From assembly GCA_014905635.1 (NCBI GenBank), contig JABVCE010000022.1:558001-622000 (forward strand): a stretch of DNA of 64,000 bases, written 5' to 3'. The translations under genes were made by a program, and so were the position numbers. Below the pieces are notes generated by a model. That model saw nothing but the letters and a program-made list of their open reading frames with translations, made no database searches and was not told the origin of the DNA. Shown here piece by piece: positions 15,311 to 27,500 of this stretch; position 1 is the stretch's first letter, and the number at the start of each line of letters is the position of its first letter. The DNA comes from Scenedesmus sp. PABB004. Taxonomy: Eukaryota.

Positions 15311-17222
15311 ATGGACCAGATCCCCGCGGCGCCGAAGGCGCCCGCGCGCGGCGCGGCCGCGGGTGCGGCGCCCGCTGCTGCCGCCCGCGCCCGCCCGCGC
15401 GCCCGCGCCCGCCCGCGCCCGCCCGCGCCCGCCCCGCCCGCGCCCGCGCCCGCCCGCGCCCGCCCGCGCCGCCGCCGGCCCCTCCTTCCCCCACCCGGTC
15501 TCGCGCGCCGCCGCCGCCGCGCGCCGCGCGGCGCGCCGCAGGCATCAAGGCCGACATGGCCCGCAACGCCGACGGCAGCTACAACCCCGTCGGCACGGGC
15601 GCCGCGTGGAGCCACAACTTCCTCAATCAAAAGCCCTGGCACCCAATGAACTTCCGGAACCAGGTGGCCACCCGAGCGGGGGCCAGCGGGGATGGATGGA
15701 GCGCGCGGCGGCGCTGCGGCGGGCGACGGCGGCCGGCCGGCCCCGCGTACGTGCGCACGCCGGCGCCAGCAACGCGCGCCCGCGCGCTCCCTGGCAGGTT
15801 CGCAAGTATGACGCGGAGCAGAAGGCCATCAACGACGCCAAGGCCCGCGAGGTCGCGCTGGTGCGCGCCAGCGCCGCCGCCAGCGCCGCGCCTTGCGCCG
15901 CCCCGCGCCGCCCCGCCGCGAGCGCCGCCCACCGCCGCGCGGCGCGCGCCCGCAGGCCGAGTGGCAGGAGGAGCAGGAGCGCACCGCGGCGCTCGCATTC
16001 CTCAGCCCAGAGGAGGCCAAGCGCCAGGCCGACCGGTGCGCGCCGCCGCCGCCGCCGCGCGCGGCCGCCGCGGCCTGCCTGCGCGCGCGCGGCCGCCGCT
16101 CCGCCCGCACCCCGGGCGCCCCCCGCTGGCCCGCCGTTGGGCCCCGCCCCGCTGCTGACCCGCTGCGCGCCCCACCCCGCCTGCAGGGCGGCCATTTCCT
16201 TCATGTACAGCAAACCGCCCGGCATGGAGGCGGCGCTCGCGCGCGACCGCGAGCTCGCGGACAAGGCCGCGGTGCGCGCGCGGCGCGCGCAGCGGCGGCG
16301 GCGGGTGCTGGCGCGCGCGCGCCCGCCCACGCCCGCCCGCCCCGCGCCCGCCCGCAGCGCGACGCGGCGGCGGCAGCGGCGGCGGCCGCCGCCGGCGGCG
16401 ACGGCGCCGCGGCCGGCGGCGCGGCAGGCGGCGCGGCGGCCGGCGCCGCCGTGGCCGGCGCCGCCGCGGCCGGCGCCGCGGGCGCCGGCGGCGCGGCGGG
16501 CGAGGCCGACGCGGCGCGCGCGCGCCAGGCGGCGCTGGACCGGCTGCGCGAGGACCCGTTTGCGGCGATCCTGGCTGCGCGCGCGTCGCTGGCCAACAGC
16601 GAAAAGTTTGTGCTCAAGTCGACCGCGGCGTACGGCGGCACCGAGCCGGGGTGCGCCAACCAGCTGCTGCTCGGCGACGACGACGAGGCCGCCGGCGGCG
16701 GCGGCGCGCGGCCGGCGGGCGGCGGCGCAGTGGGCGGCGAGATGGACGGTGCGTCGCGCGCGCGTGTGAGCCGGCACCGGCGCCACGCAGCGCGCGCGCG
16801 CCGCCGCCTCTGTCGCGCCCGGCCGCGACCGCCGCGCGGGCGCCCGCCCCGCAGACGCCGAGGCGCTGCTGGCCAGCCTGGACCCGGGCGAGCGCGCGGC
16901 GGTGCTGGCGGCGCTGGAGAAGAAGCGGCGCCGCGCCGAGGCGGCGGACCGGCTCGCGCAGGCGCAGGAGCTGCTGCGCTCGGCGGGCATCGACCCGTCC
17001 GCGCTCGAGGGCGGCGGCGACGGGCGCGGCGCCAAGCGCCACAAGTCCAAGTCCAAGAAGCACAAGGCCAAGGAGGGCAGCAAGAAGCGGCGGCGCGAGC
17101 GCGACGAGCCCGGCGGCGGCAGCCACAAGCACGCAAAGCGCTCGCGCGACCGCCGGCGCGGGAGCGACAGCGGCGGCAGCAGCAGCGAGAGCGGCAGCGA
17201 CGGCGGCCGGCGGCGGCGGTAG
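15311..17222 (+). CDS. CIR_N (CBF1-interacting corepressor N-terminal / CWC25-like) nuclear protein
   Basis: AWSHNFLNQKPWHPMNFRNQ|VRKYDAEQK, ISFMYSKPPGM and a Lys/Arg/Ser-rich tail (KRHKSKSKKHK); ~7 exons. Confidence 0.85.
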
Positions 17223-17475
17223 GGCGGGGGAGGGGGGGGGGGGGAGGAGGGCGGACATCCGCGGGCGGACCGCGGCGCGCAGAAGCGCGACCAGTGACGC
17301 CTGTCGCACGACCGCCGCTGCAAGGCGCACATTCCCGCAGGCGACGCCGCAACCGCGAGCCCGCTGTGTGAACGGCAAGGCCCCGGCCCGCAGCAGCAGC
17401 AGGGCGAGCCACTTCCCACCCGCCGCCGCCGCCGCAAAAGCAGCCCCCCCGGGCCGCGGCCGCGGTGCGTTCGCC

Positions 17476-19280
17476 ATGGCGGTGTCCGCGGCGTCCGTTC
17501 TGGGCATATCTCTCTTCAAGTCGCTCGCTGCGGGCGGCGGGGCGGCGGTCATCTCACCCCTGAGCATCCTCGTGGCGCTGGTGCTGGCCCTCAACGGCGC
17601 CAGTGCGTTGGCCTGCGCGCCCGCAGGGGCGCCGGGGCGCGGCGCGGCGCGGCGCGCTGGGGCGGGCGGGCGCGCGATGCCGGGACGACGCCGGCGGCAG
17701 CCCCCGGGCCGGGGCACGCGGCCACGGTCGCGGACGAGCTCTCCCGGCGCGGCAGAGCGGCGGCCGCAGCGCGCGCTCAGCCCGGGCGCACACACCCGGC
17801 GCCCGCTGCTGACCGCCGCTGCCGCCGCTGCCGGCCGCGCTCCCGCCCGCAGCGCTGCCGTCGGCCACGCACTCCCAGATGTGGGCGGCGCTGGCGCCGC
17901 CGCCGTGGTCGGGGCGGAACGAGTCCAACTTCAACGCGTACGTAGCCCGCGTGTCGCGCCAGGTCGCCAAGGGCGCCGGCCCCGGCACGGAGCTGCTCGT
18001 CGCCAACGCGGTCTTCACCAACCGCACGCCCGTGGCGCGGCCGTTCCGCACCGAGATGCGCCGCCGCTTCCGCGCGCACGTGATGGACGCGGAGACCGTG
18101 GGCGTCGTCAATGCGTGGGCGGCCAACGCGACTCGTGGTCTGGTGCCCGCGGCGGTGCCCGAGGACGTGCGCTTCAAGCTGCTCCTGGCCAACGCGGTCT
18201 ACTTTTTTGGCAGCTGGGAGATCCCGTTCAACAAGTCGGACACGCAGCCCGGGAACTTCACCACGCCCGACGGCAACGTGATCCAGGCGCGCGACGCACG
18301 TGACCGGCGCGGGCGCAGCGCGCGCGCAACGCGCAGCGCAGCGGCGCGCGCGCCGCAGCGCCACCCCGCGCCTGCGGCGAGGCAAGCCCGGCCCACCCGC
18401 GCTCCCACCCGCGCTCCCGCGCGCGCTGGGCGCAGGTGCACATGATGCACCGCTCGTGGACGGGCATCAAGCAGAACGAGTCGCGGCAGGTGCTGCAGCT
18501 CGAGGGCGGCGGCTTCCGCGCCGTCAAGCTGCCGTACCGCGGCTCCAGCCTCTCCGCCATCTTCGTCCTGCCCAACGCGAGCTACGCCAGCCTCGGCGAC
18601 GCGGCGGCCGCGCTCGACCTCGGCGCGCTGCTCGAGTTTGGGCCGAGCGGCCCCTGGAGCGCCGCGGCGCCGCCCGCGCCGCTCTACCTTCCGCGCTTCA
18701 AGGTCGGCGGGTCGCCGCTGAGGCTCAAGACGGTGCGGCGCGGGGCGCGCAGGGCGCGCGCGAGGGGCGCACGAGGGGCACGCACTGCCTGCCGCGCGCG
18801 AGAGCGTGCGGCGCGACCGCGCGGCGCGCCGGCGCCGTCCGCAGGCGCTCGAGGGTCTGGGCATGACCGCCGCGTTCGACCCCGACGCGGCCGAGTTTGG
18901 CCGCCTCTCGCCGCAGCCGCTGTTCATAGAGGACGTCATCCACACCGTGCGCGCCGCGCCGCGCGGCAGAGCACCGTGCTGCGGCGGCTCGCGCGTGCGA
19001 GCGCGCGCGCGCGCGCGCTCGCCCCGCCGCTGGCGCCGGCGCTGACGCGCGCTCGCCGCGCCGGCGGTCCCGCGCGCGCGCGCAGGCGGTGGTGGAGGTG
19101 GACGAGGAGGGCACCGAGGCGGCGGCGGTCACGATCGTGCCGTTTGGCCCGACCGCGGTGCTGGCCGAGCCGCTCGTGTTTGACCGGCCCTTTTTCATGC
19201 TGCTCGCCGACGAGCGCCCCGGCACGCTGCTCTTCATCGCCGCGGTCGAGACGCCGACGCCCGTGGGGCAGGGCGCCTAG
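17476..19280 (+). CDS. Serpin (serine protease inhibitor family), 5 exons
   Basis: VISPLSILVALVLALNGA, VNAWAANATRGLV, LLANAVYFFGSWEIPF, LYLPRFKV, VEVDEEGTEAAAVT, FDRPFFMLL..LLFIAAVETP. Confidence 0.95.
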
Positions 19281-19770
19281 GCGCGGCGCGGCGGGCGGGC
19301 GCATTTTCTGCGGGCGCGGGGCGCACTTTTTGCAGGCGCGGGCGGGCGCGGGCGCGGGCGAGCACTGAATCGGTCGGCGGCTGCGCCACCCGGCGAGCAC
19401 TGCACATCAGGTCTTGAGCATGTTTTGGCGGATGCACCGAGAGTGCAACGACAACAACGACGACAGCGCGCGCCGCCGACCGCGCCGGCCAGCGCCCGCC
19501 CTGCGCGCCGCCGCCGCCGCCCCGCGCGCCGCGGCGCAGCCCGGGGCGTCTCGCCCGCGTGTCGCGCGGTCGGACCTCCGGGCGTGCGGTCGCGCCCTCG
19601 TGTGCTTGGGCTCGGCGGCAGCTGGGACCTGGCGCGCCCGAGGCGTCCCGCGCCGCCCGGCGCTCTGCGCGCCATTCCTGGATCATCACCTTTGGGCCCC
19701 CCGGAGCCATTCCATTGCTTCGACACGCTAGAGCTGCGGGGCGCGAGCCAGCGAGCAAGCGCCGCGTGCC

Positions 19771-22562
19771 ATGGCGCAGCTGGGCGGGGGGGCGCCGGAT
19801 GGCATGCACCACGTGAGACGCCGCGCGGGGGCGGGGCGGGCGGGGGCGCCGCGCCGCCTGGGCGCGGCGCTGAGGCCGCCCGTGCCGGGGATGCCCGCCT
19901 CGCCGCGCAGGAGCCGCAGCTCTCGGGCGCCGCGGCCGACAGCAACGATTCCAGCACTGAGCAGTTCCTCATGTATGGCTACAAGGTGGTCCACTGCTCC
20001 AAGCGCTACAGGTGGGCGCCCCCGCCGCGCGGCCCGCCGGGGCGCCGGGCGAGTACGCCCGCCCCGGATCCGGCTCCCCGCGACGCCGCCGGAGGCTCCG
20101 CCGCGCCGCCGGGGGGCGGCGGAGGCTCGAGGCGCGGGCGGGGGGGAGGGCATGCGATGGCCGCCCCCCGCCAGCGCGCGGGCGCGGCCGCGCGCCCGCG
20201 CAGCGCCGCGGCGCCGCGCTGCGGGCTTGCTGCGCGGGCGCCGGGCGCACGGGGCGCGGCGGGCCGACTGTTGGCCGGCCCACCCTCGCTCGCCTTGGCC
20301 GCCGCCTGGGCTGTGGAGAGGGCGCCCCCGGCTGCGGGCGGCGGGCCCTCGAGCGCGCGCCCGCCGCCTCACGCGCCGCCGCCGCTGCCGCGCTGCCGCC
20401 GCCGCCGCGCTGCCGCCGCCGCGCGCCGCAGACACGACTGGAGCGTGTGCCCATTCGGTGAGCTGCCGGCGCGATCACGGGGCGCGCGGGGCGCCGCCCG
20501 CGCCGCCCGCGCCGCGGCCACGGCAGCGCCGCCGCGGCAGCGCGCTCACGCGCCGCACGCCCGCCGCCGCCCGCGCAGCGCACACGGGCGAGATGGCGGC
20601 GCGGCGCGACCCCTCGCGCTACCTGCCCATCTTCTGCTTCCACAGCAAGCAGCGCCTCCCCTGCCCGCGCGGCGAGGAGTGCCCGTACAGCCACAACGTG
20701 CGCCGCCGCGCCCGCGCGCCCGCGCGCACGCGCCGCCCTGCGTGCGCCGCCGCCGCGCGCACCGCGCCGCGCCTGACGCCGCGCCCCGCCGCCGCGCCCC
20801 GCCGCCGCGCCCGCCGCCGCAGCTGTTTGAGTACTGGCTGCACCCGCAGCGCTACCGCACAGAGATGTGCCAGTTTGGCGCGAGCTGCACGCGCCCGGTC
20901 TGCTTCTTCGCGCACGGCGAGCACCAGCTGCGCCACACGGGCATGCCGGGCGGCCCGCAGCCCGTGGTCGCGCCGCCGGAGCCCAACCCCGCGCTCTCCG
21001 GCGGCTACGGCGGCGGCGGCGGCGGCGACCCGGCGATGAAGCAGCAGCAGCAGCTCATGGCGCTGCAGGCCGCGGCGGCGGGCTTCTGCGGCGCGGGCCC
21101 GCCGCCCGGCGTGCTGCCGCCGGGCGCGCACGGCGGCATGCGCAGCGACTCGCTGCTGCCCGGCGTGGACCCGCACGGCCTCGGCGGCGGCAGCGGCGGC
21201 AGCGGCGGCGGCGGCAGCGGCCCGTACGGGCCGCTGCTCGACGGCGGCGGCAGCATGGACATGACCATGGGCGCGCTGCAGCGCGAGCTCAGCGCCATCT
21301 CCATGCCCTCCAGCGCGCCGCTGAGCGCGCCGCTGCCGCAGCTCTCGCCCGACCTGCTCGCGGCGCTGCAGACCATGGGCGGCGGCCCCGGCAGCGGCGG
21401 CGGCGGCGGCGGCGGCGGGCTGCCGCCGCCGGGCAGCCTCATGCACGCCGGCAGCGGCATCCCCTCCTACTCGGGCGCGCTGCCGGGCGGCCGGCCGCTC
21501 GCGCGCAGCCTCACGGTCGGGGCCAACCACCCGTCCATGGGCGGCGGCGGGCAGCCGAGCTTTGACGAGATCGCGAAGCAGCTGCAGCTCATGCAGCTCA
21601 TGCAGGCCAACGGCGCCGCCAACGCGAGCTCCCCGCTCCCGCACATGGGCGACGGCATGGGCGACTTCCTCGGCAGCCTCGCCGCGCTGCAGGCCGGCGG
21701 CGGCAGCAGCGGCGGCCCGCCCTCGAGCGGCGGCATGGACCTGGAGGCGTTCCTCGCCGGCGGGGGCGGCGGGCTGTCGTCGATGCCGGCGGACGCGAGC
21801 TTCAGCTGCCCGCTGCAGCCCGTGTACAGCAACCCCTCGCTGCCGCGCCTGCTGAGCCAGGCGCCGGGCAGCGACCGCCTGCCGCGCGTGCCCAGCGCGG
21901 GCGCGGTCGGCCTGGGCCAGCAGCACGCCGGCGCGGGCCAGCAGCAGCAGCAGCAGCAGCAGCTGGGCGGCCTCGTGGCGCGCCCGACTGCGGCGTCGCC
22001 CGCGCCCTCGGACAGCGGCGTCGACGCGGCGCAGCAGGGCGGCCGCGACGCGGGCGCCGCCGCGAAGAAGGCGCAGCAGGCATGGAGCGCGCCGGTGTCG
22101 CCGTGCACCAGCAGCCGCGGCGGGAACGACCTCGGCTCGGCCGCCGCCGACACCAAGCTGTCGGGCATGCGCTTCAGCCAGCCGACGCAGAGCAGCAGCC
22201 CCAGCTGCAGCAGCGCGAGCGAGGCGAGCAACAGCGGGGGCGGCCTGCCGAGCGTGGGCAGCGGCTCGCTGCGCCGCGAGCGCAGCGACGTGGCCGCCGG
22301 CGCGCCCGGCTCGGCCGCGGGCTGCGCGGCCGCGCCCGCGGGCGCCGCGCCCACCGACGGCGACGCGCCGCTGCTGCTCATCGGCGACGCGCCGCTCACG
22401 CACGTGGGCGAGGTGCGCGACGCGCTGGACCGCGAGCCCAGCGCGACGGGGCAGGCCGGCGCCGCGGGCGGCATGGGGCAGGAGATGGCGGTCAAGCTGC
22501 TGGCGACGCTGCCGGAGGAGTCGGTGCGGCGGCTGCTGGACCTCGTGGCGCAGCAGCAGTGA
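19771..22562 (+). CDS. Plant-type RR-TZF tandem CCCH zinc-finger protein (5 exons)
   Basis: [78 protein letters not shown]; 26-nt microexon at 20432-20457. Confidence 0.93.
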
Positions 22563-24526
22563 CCGACCCCGCGGCGCGCTGCCGCCGGGCCCACACAAAG
22601 CGGGCGGGCGGGGCGGGGCGGGTGGCGGGGGGCGCAGGCGCGGCAGCAAACGCGGGCGGGGCTGTGTTGAACGTGGGCGGGGCTGCCTCGCGTGCGCGGC
22701 GCGGCGGCGCGCGCGCGCTGCGCCGCCGGGGATGTGTGACGGGGAATAACGACAAGTGGGCTGTGGGCATGCTGGGCAGCCGACGGGCGGCGCCGCGGCC
22801 TGGCCGAGCAGCAGGCCGCGGCGTCGCAGGGGCGCGCACGCTTTGCGCCGTAGCCGGGCGCAGCTGGGCAGCCCCGCTGCCATGCGTGGCGTGGCAGGCG
22901 GGGCACGTGGCGCCAGGGCGCGCGCGCGTCGCCGACGAGCGCGCGCCTGGTCGACCCATGCTGCTGAGCGACGGCATAACACGGCGGGCTCACTTCCACT
23001 GTGGCTTGCACATGCGCGGCAGCGCCCGGCGTGAGCCCGGGCCGCCGCCGCGCCACTCCTTCTCTCTTTGTGCGGCGGCGCGGCGCGGGGCGCATGCGCG
23101 GCCACAGCCGAGGCGGCACCGTGGGCGGGCGGGGTGGCCGGCTCACGCGGGCAGGCTTGGCGGACGCGCGGCCGGCCGGCTCTCCTCCTGCGCGCGGGCT
23201 GGGCGCGCCGGCCGGCCAGCGCCCAGCAACGCATGCGGAGCCCCAGCGGCCCGCGGCGGCGGTCCTGCCGCCGCCGCTGCAACGGGGTGCGTTCTTGCTC
23301 CAGGGCGGGTGGCGCGTGCTTTGCGTGGTGCGTGCGTGCATGGGCGGCGGCGGGCGCCCTCCCCTTCCTTTTGCCTGCAGTCGTCGTTGGCGGCACATGC
23401 CACAGTTGCGCCCGACAGGCCTCGGGCCCGCCGCCGCTGCTTCCTTTGGTTGCTGGGTCCTGCGCTTGCGGCCGCGTGGGTCGGCGCTTCCTCTCCCTTT
23501 CCATCATCATTGGCTTGGCGCGCTGCACGCTCGCGCCGAACAATGACGCCGACACCCTGGCGCCGCGAACCGCGCATCAGGGCGCGTCGGCGCCGTGCGC
23601 CCGGCGGCGCTGCGCTGCTCTGGCCGCCGCAAGAGGACTCGTGTTTGCAAGTCATCGCCTTAGCGCACGCACGCATGGACCAAACACCAACGACCCTCCT
23701 CCTGCGGAGAGACTTTGCTTTTGCTTGCTTTGGCGGAGGGTTGGCGTGGTCGGCCGGAACGGAATCGGGCTGTCGGGGCGTAGGTCAGGGCCGGAGGACG
23801 AGCGACGAGGACGAGTCGGCACCGCACGCGTCCCCCGCGGGCGCCGGCGGCGCCGCCGCCGCGCGTCACTTCCCACTACCACCAACTGTGTGTCACGTGT
23901 GCTCACTCAACTCGCTCTCAATAATCACCCTAGCAATCGCGGCGGCGTCTGCATTTAAACGGCGCGAGCCTCACGCCGTCACGCGCGCGAGCGCACCCCC
24001 GGCGCGCGCGGCGCGGGTTGGGCCGACCGCGTGCGCGCGGCGCACGGCAGCAGCGCCAGGCGGGGGGGGGGGGGTTGTTCCCCCCTAGAAGCCGCGAAGC
24101 GCGGAGCGTTACGTTCAAAGCGCCGCTGCGGCGCGCAGTGGCGCCAGGGCGGCCACCATCGCTGCTCCCGCCGCGCCACAGCGCCCGGCTCACGGCGCCA
24201 CTCCGCTCCGCACGAGCTCGCGGGCGAACCAGGCGGCCCGGAGACGCCTTCGCCACCGACGCCTTCAAACAGCGATGCGCCCCTGACGCGGCGCCGCGGG
24301 TGCAGGCCGGCGCCCCAAGGGTGCGTCCAGGCTCCAAGAGCAGCCCGGCTGCGGCGCCGGGCGTGGGAGGGGCCCTGGCGGGCGCCCGCCAGGCCACCCG
24401 CTCGGCGAGCAGGCGCGGTCGCCGATCGCGGGGGCGCGGGGGCAGGCTGATCAACGCGCGCTCCCGCCTCACTCACGCCCTTCGCCGCGGCGCGGTCGCA
24501 GGCGGCGGCGGCGGGGAGCGGGCGCG

Positions 24527-27500
24527 ATGAGCGGAGCGGGCGGCGCCGGCGATGACGGCGGCCAGGGTGCGCGGCGGCGCGGGGCCCGGCCCTCCCCCGG
24601 CCCAGGGCGGGGAGCGGGAGGGCGCGCCGCGCCCGCGCAGCACGGCGCGCGCCAACAACCGCCTCGCGCCGGCCGCGCCGCGCGATCGGCGCGGCGCGCA
24701 GGCGGCGGCTTTTTCCTGGCGCGCGTGGGCGAGCAGCTGCTGCTGCCCGCGCCGCCGGCGGTGGCGTACAAGCGCTGCAACTGCAAGAAGGCCAAGTGCC
24801 TCAAGCTCTACTGCGTCTGCTTCGGCGCCGGTGCGCAGCGCCGCGCGCGCGCGCCGCGCTCACAGCGTGCCGCGGCCGCGCGCCGCGAGCGCGCCGCGCC
24901 CGCCGCGCGGCGCAGGCGTCTACTGCGCCGGCTGCAACTGCGCCGACTGCTCCAACATCCCGGAGCGCTCGGGGCTCGTGTTTGAGGTCCGCCAGCGCGT
25001 GCTGCAGCGCGAGCCGATGGCCTTCCAGTCAAAGGTGTGGGCGCCCCGGCGGCCCGCGAGGAGAGGGGGCGGGGAGGGGGGGGGGGGGCAAGGAGGGGCG
25101 CCGCACGCAGGCCTGCGCGCCGGCGCGCGCGCCGCGCGTTGAAGCCTCGCGCTGCCGCCGCCGCCGCCGCCGGCGCGCCGCCGCGCAGGTCGTCGGCCCC
25201 GCGCACTTCAAGGGCTGCAAGTGCCGCAAGTCGCGCTGCGTCAAAAAGTACTGCGACTGCTTTGACGCGGCGGTCAAGTGCTCCGAGATGTGCAAGTGCA
25301 AGGACTGCCAGAACCAGCCCGGCCCTGCGGCCAGCGCGGCGGCGGGGGCCGTGTTTGGCCTGCCGGCGTCGCAGCCGCTGCCGGCGCTGGCGGGCGCGGC
25401 GCACCACCAGCCGCAGTCGCTGCTGCTGCAGTCGCTCGGCCTTGCGCAGGCGGACCAGGCCGACGCGCTGGGCTGCATGCAGCTCGGCGGCCAGGTGGGC
25501 GGCGCGGCGCGGGGGCCGCTGCCTGGCGCCGCCTGCGCGCGCGGCCTGGCCGCGCGGCGGTGCTGCCGCGCGCGCAGCCGCGCCGACGCGCGCCACGCCG
25601 CCTGCAGGAGCTGCTGCCGGCGGAGCTGCAGCTGCACCCGGGCTCGCTGCCGGTGTGCCTGCCAGGCTCGCAGCCCGGCTCCGCCCCCGGCAGCCGGCCA
25701 GCGTCGCCGACGGGTGCCATGGTGCGTGCCGCGCGGCACGGCCCAGCCCGGCCTGGCGCGCGCGCAAGCAGCAGCAGCAGCAGCAGCAGCAGGCGGCTGG
25801 CACCGCACGCGCGCGCTCGCGACGCCATGCCGCGCCCGCCACGCCGCCGCAGATGGTGCCGCGCGCCGGCGGGCTGGGGCACCTGGCGGTCCTGCCCCCG
25901 TCGTCGCGCCCGCAGGCGCCCGCCGGCTCCAGCGCGTCGGCCGCCGCCGCGGCGTTTGGCGGCAATGCCGCCAGCGGCGACGCGGGCGGCGGCGGCAACC
26001 AGCTGGCGCCGCTGGCGATGGGCATGCCACCCGGCGCGCTCGGCCTGGCCAGCGGGTGGGGCTGGCAGGAGCTGCAGGCGGGCGCGGAGCTCGACGGGGC
26101 CGCGGCCGGCGCCCCAGAGCAGGAGCAGGCGGCCGCCTGGCAGCCCGCGGCGCAGGCGGCGCGGCGGCGGCGCTGGTCGCCCAGATCCAAGCTGCCACGA
26201 CCTCTGGCCTGGGCAGCCGGCCGGGCAGCCGCGAGCGCAGCGCGTCCGCGGGCGCCGAGCAGGCGGCCGAGCCGGACGGCGCGGCGGGCGGCGGCGCTGC
26301 GCCGGCGGCGCCTGCGGGCGCGAGCGGCGGAGGCGAGGCGGCCGCGGCACCCCCAGACCAGGAGCTCGCGGGCGACGTTGCGCTTGCGGGCGGCGCGATG
26401 CCCGGCGCGCCGCAGGAGGAGGGCCAGGAGCAGCGGAGCAGGGACGCGCTGGCGGCGGCCGGTGCTGCGGCGCTGGCGGTGGAGCACGAGGCGCTGGGCG
26501 GCTGGGCGCTGGTGAGCGGCGACGCGGACGCGGGCGGCATGGCCTGGGAGGAGCTGCCCGCCGACGCGAGCGCGGACGGCGCCGACGCGGGCGGCTTTGA
26601 CGCGTCAGCGCTCGGCGCGGCGCGCGGCGCGCCCGAGCTGGCGGCGCTCCTGGCGGACCCCGGTGCTGCGGGCGTGCTCGCGGCTCGGCTTGGCCTGGCT
26701 GAGAGCATACAGGTCGCGGCAACAAACGCGGCGCAGTTTTTGCGGTGAGGCGCGGGCGGCCGCGCGGCCGCGGCCGCGCCGCCGCGGCCGCCGGCCTGCC
26801 AGCTGCGTGCGCGCGCGCTGCCGGGCTCACCCCCGCCCCTCTGGCCCCGCCTCCCGCAGCGACATCATCTGCCTGAGCTCGCTCGACCCTGCGACAGTCG
26901 CGGCGACGGGCGGCGCGCTGTGCGGCGGCGGCCTGGCGCCCGACCAGCTGGGGCTGCTCGGCCACGCGCCGAGCCTGCCGCCGGCGCCGGCGCGCGAGCC
27001 GCACCGGCTGCGCCACACGGCGCGGGGGCCGGCGCCGGCGGGCAGCCAGGTCGCGGTGCTGACGGACCAGCCGCTGGCAGCGATCGCTCCGTCAGCCGGC
27101 GCCGGCGACGCGTGCTCACCGGCGGTGCAGGCCGTGCAGCTGGCGCGTGCCGCGGCGCAGCTGTCGGGCCTCGCAGGCGCGTGCACGCCGCAGGGCGCCG
27201 CGGTGGCGGCCGCCGCCGCGGGCTTTGCTGCCGGCCTCGCCAGCGGCGCGGCGCGGAGCGCGGGCAGCACGCCCAGCCCCGTGACCGCGCACGGCCTGCG
27301 GGCGAGCGGCAGCGTGCGCGGGCCCTCACCGCTGGGCCCCGTGGGCGGCGGCCGCGGCGGCGGCGCGGGGCTGCACGCGCTGCTGGCGGAGCGGCAGGCG
27401 CAGCACGGCACGCCCCTGGGGCACGGCCCGCCGCCCGTGCCCGCCGCCCCGGGGTCTGGCACCAGCAGCGCAGCGGGCAGCGCGCGGCGCAGCATGCAGC

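Noticed and set aside
26157..26184. Possible 28-nt GC-AG micro-intron fixing the CRC frameshift
   Set aside because: Too short compared with other introns. A 1-nt deletion in a GCG repeat explains it better ([14 protein letters not shown]).
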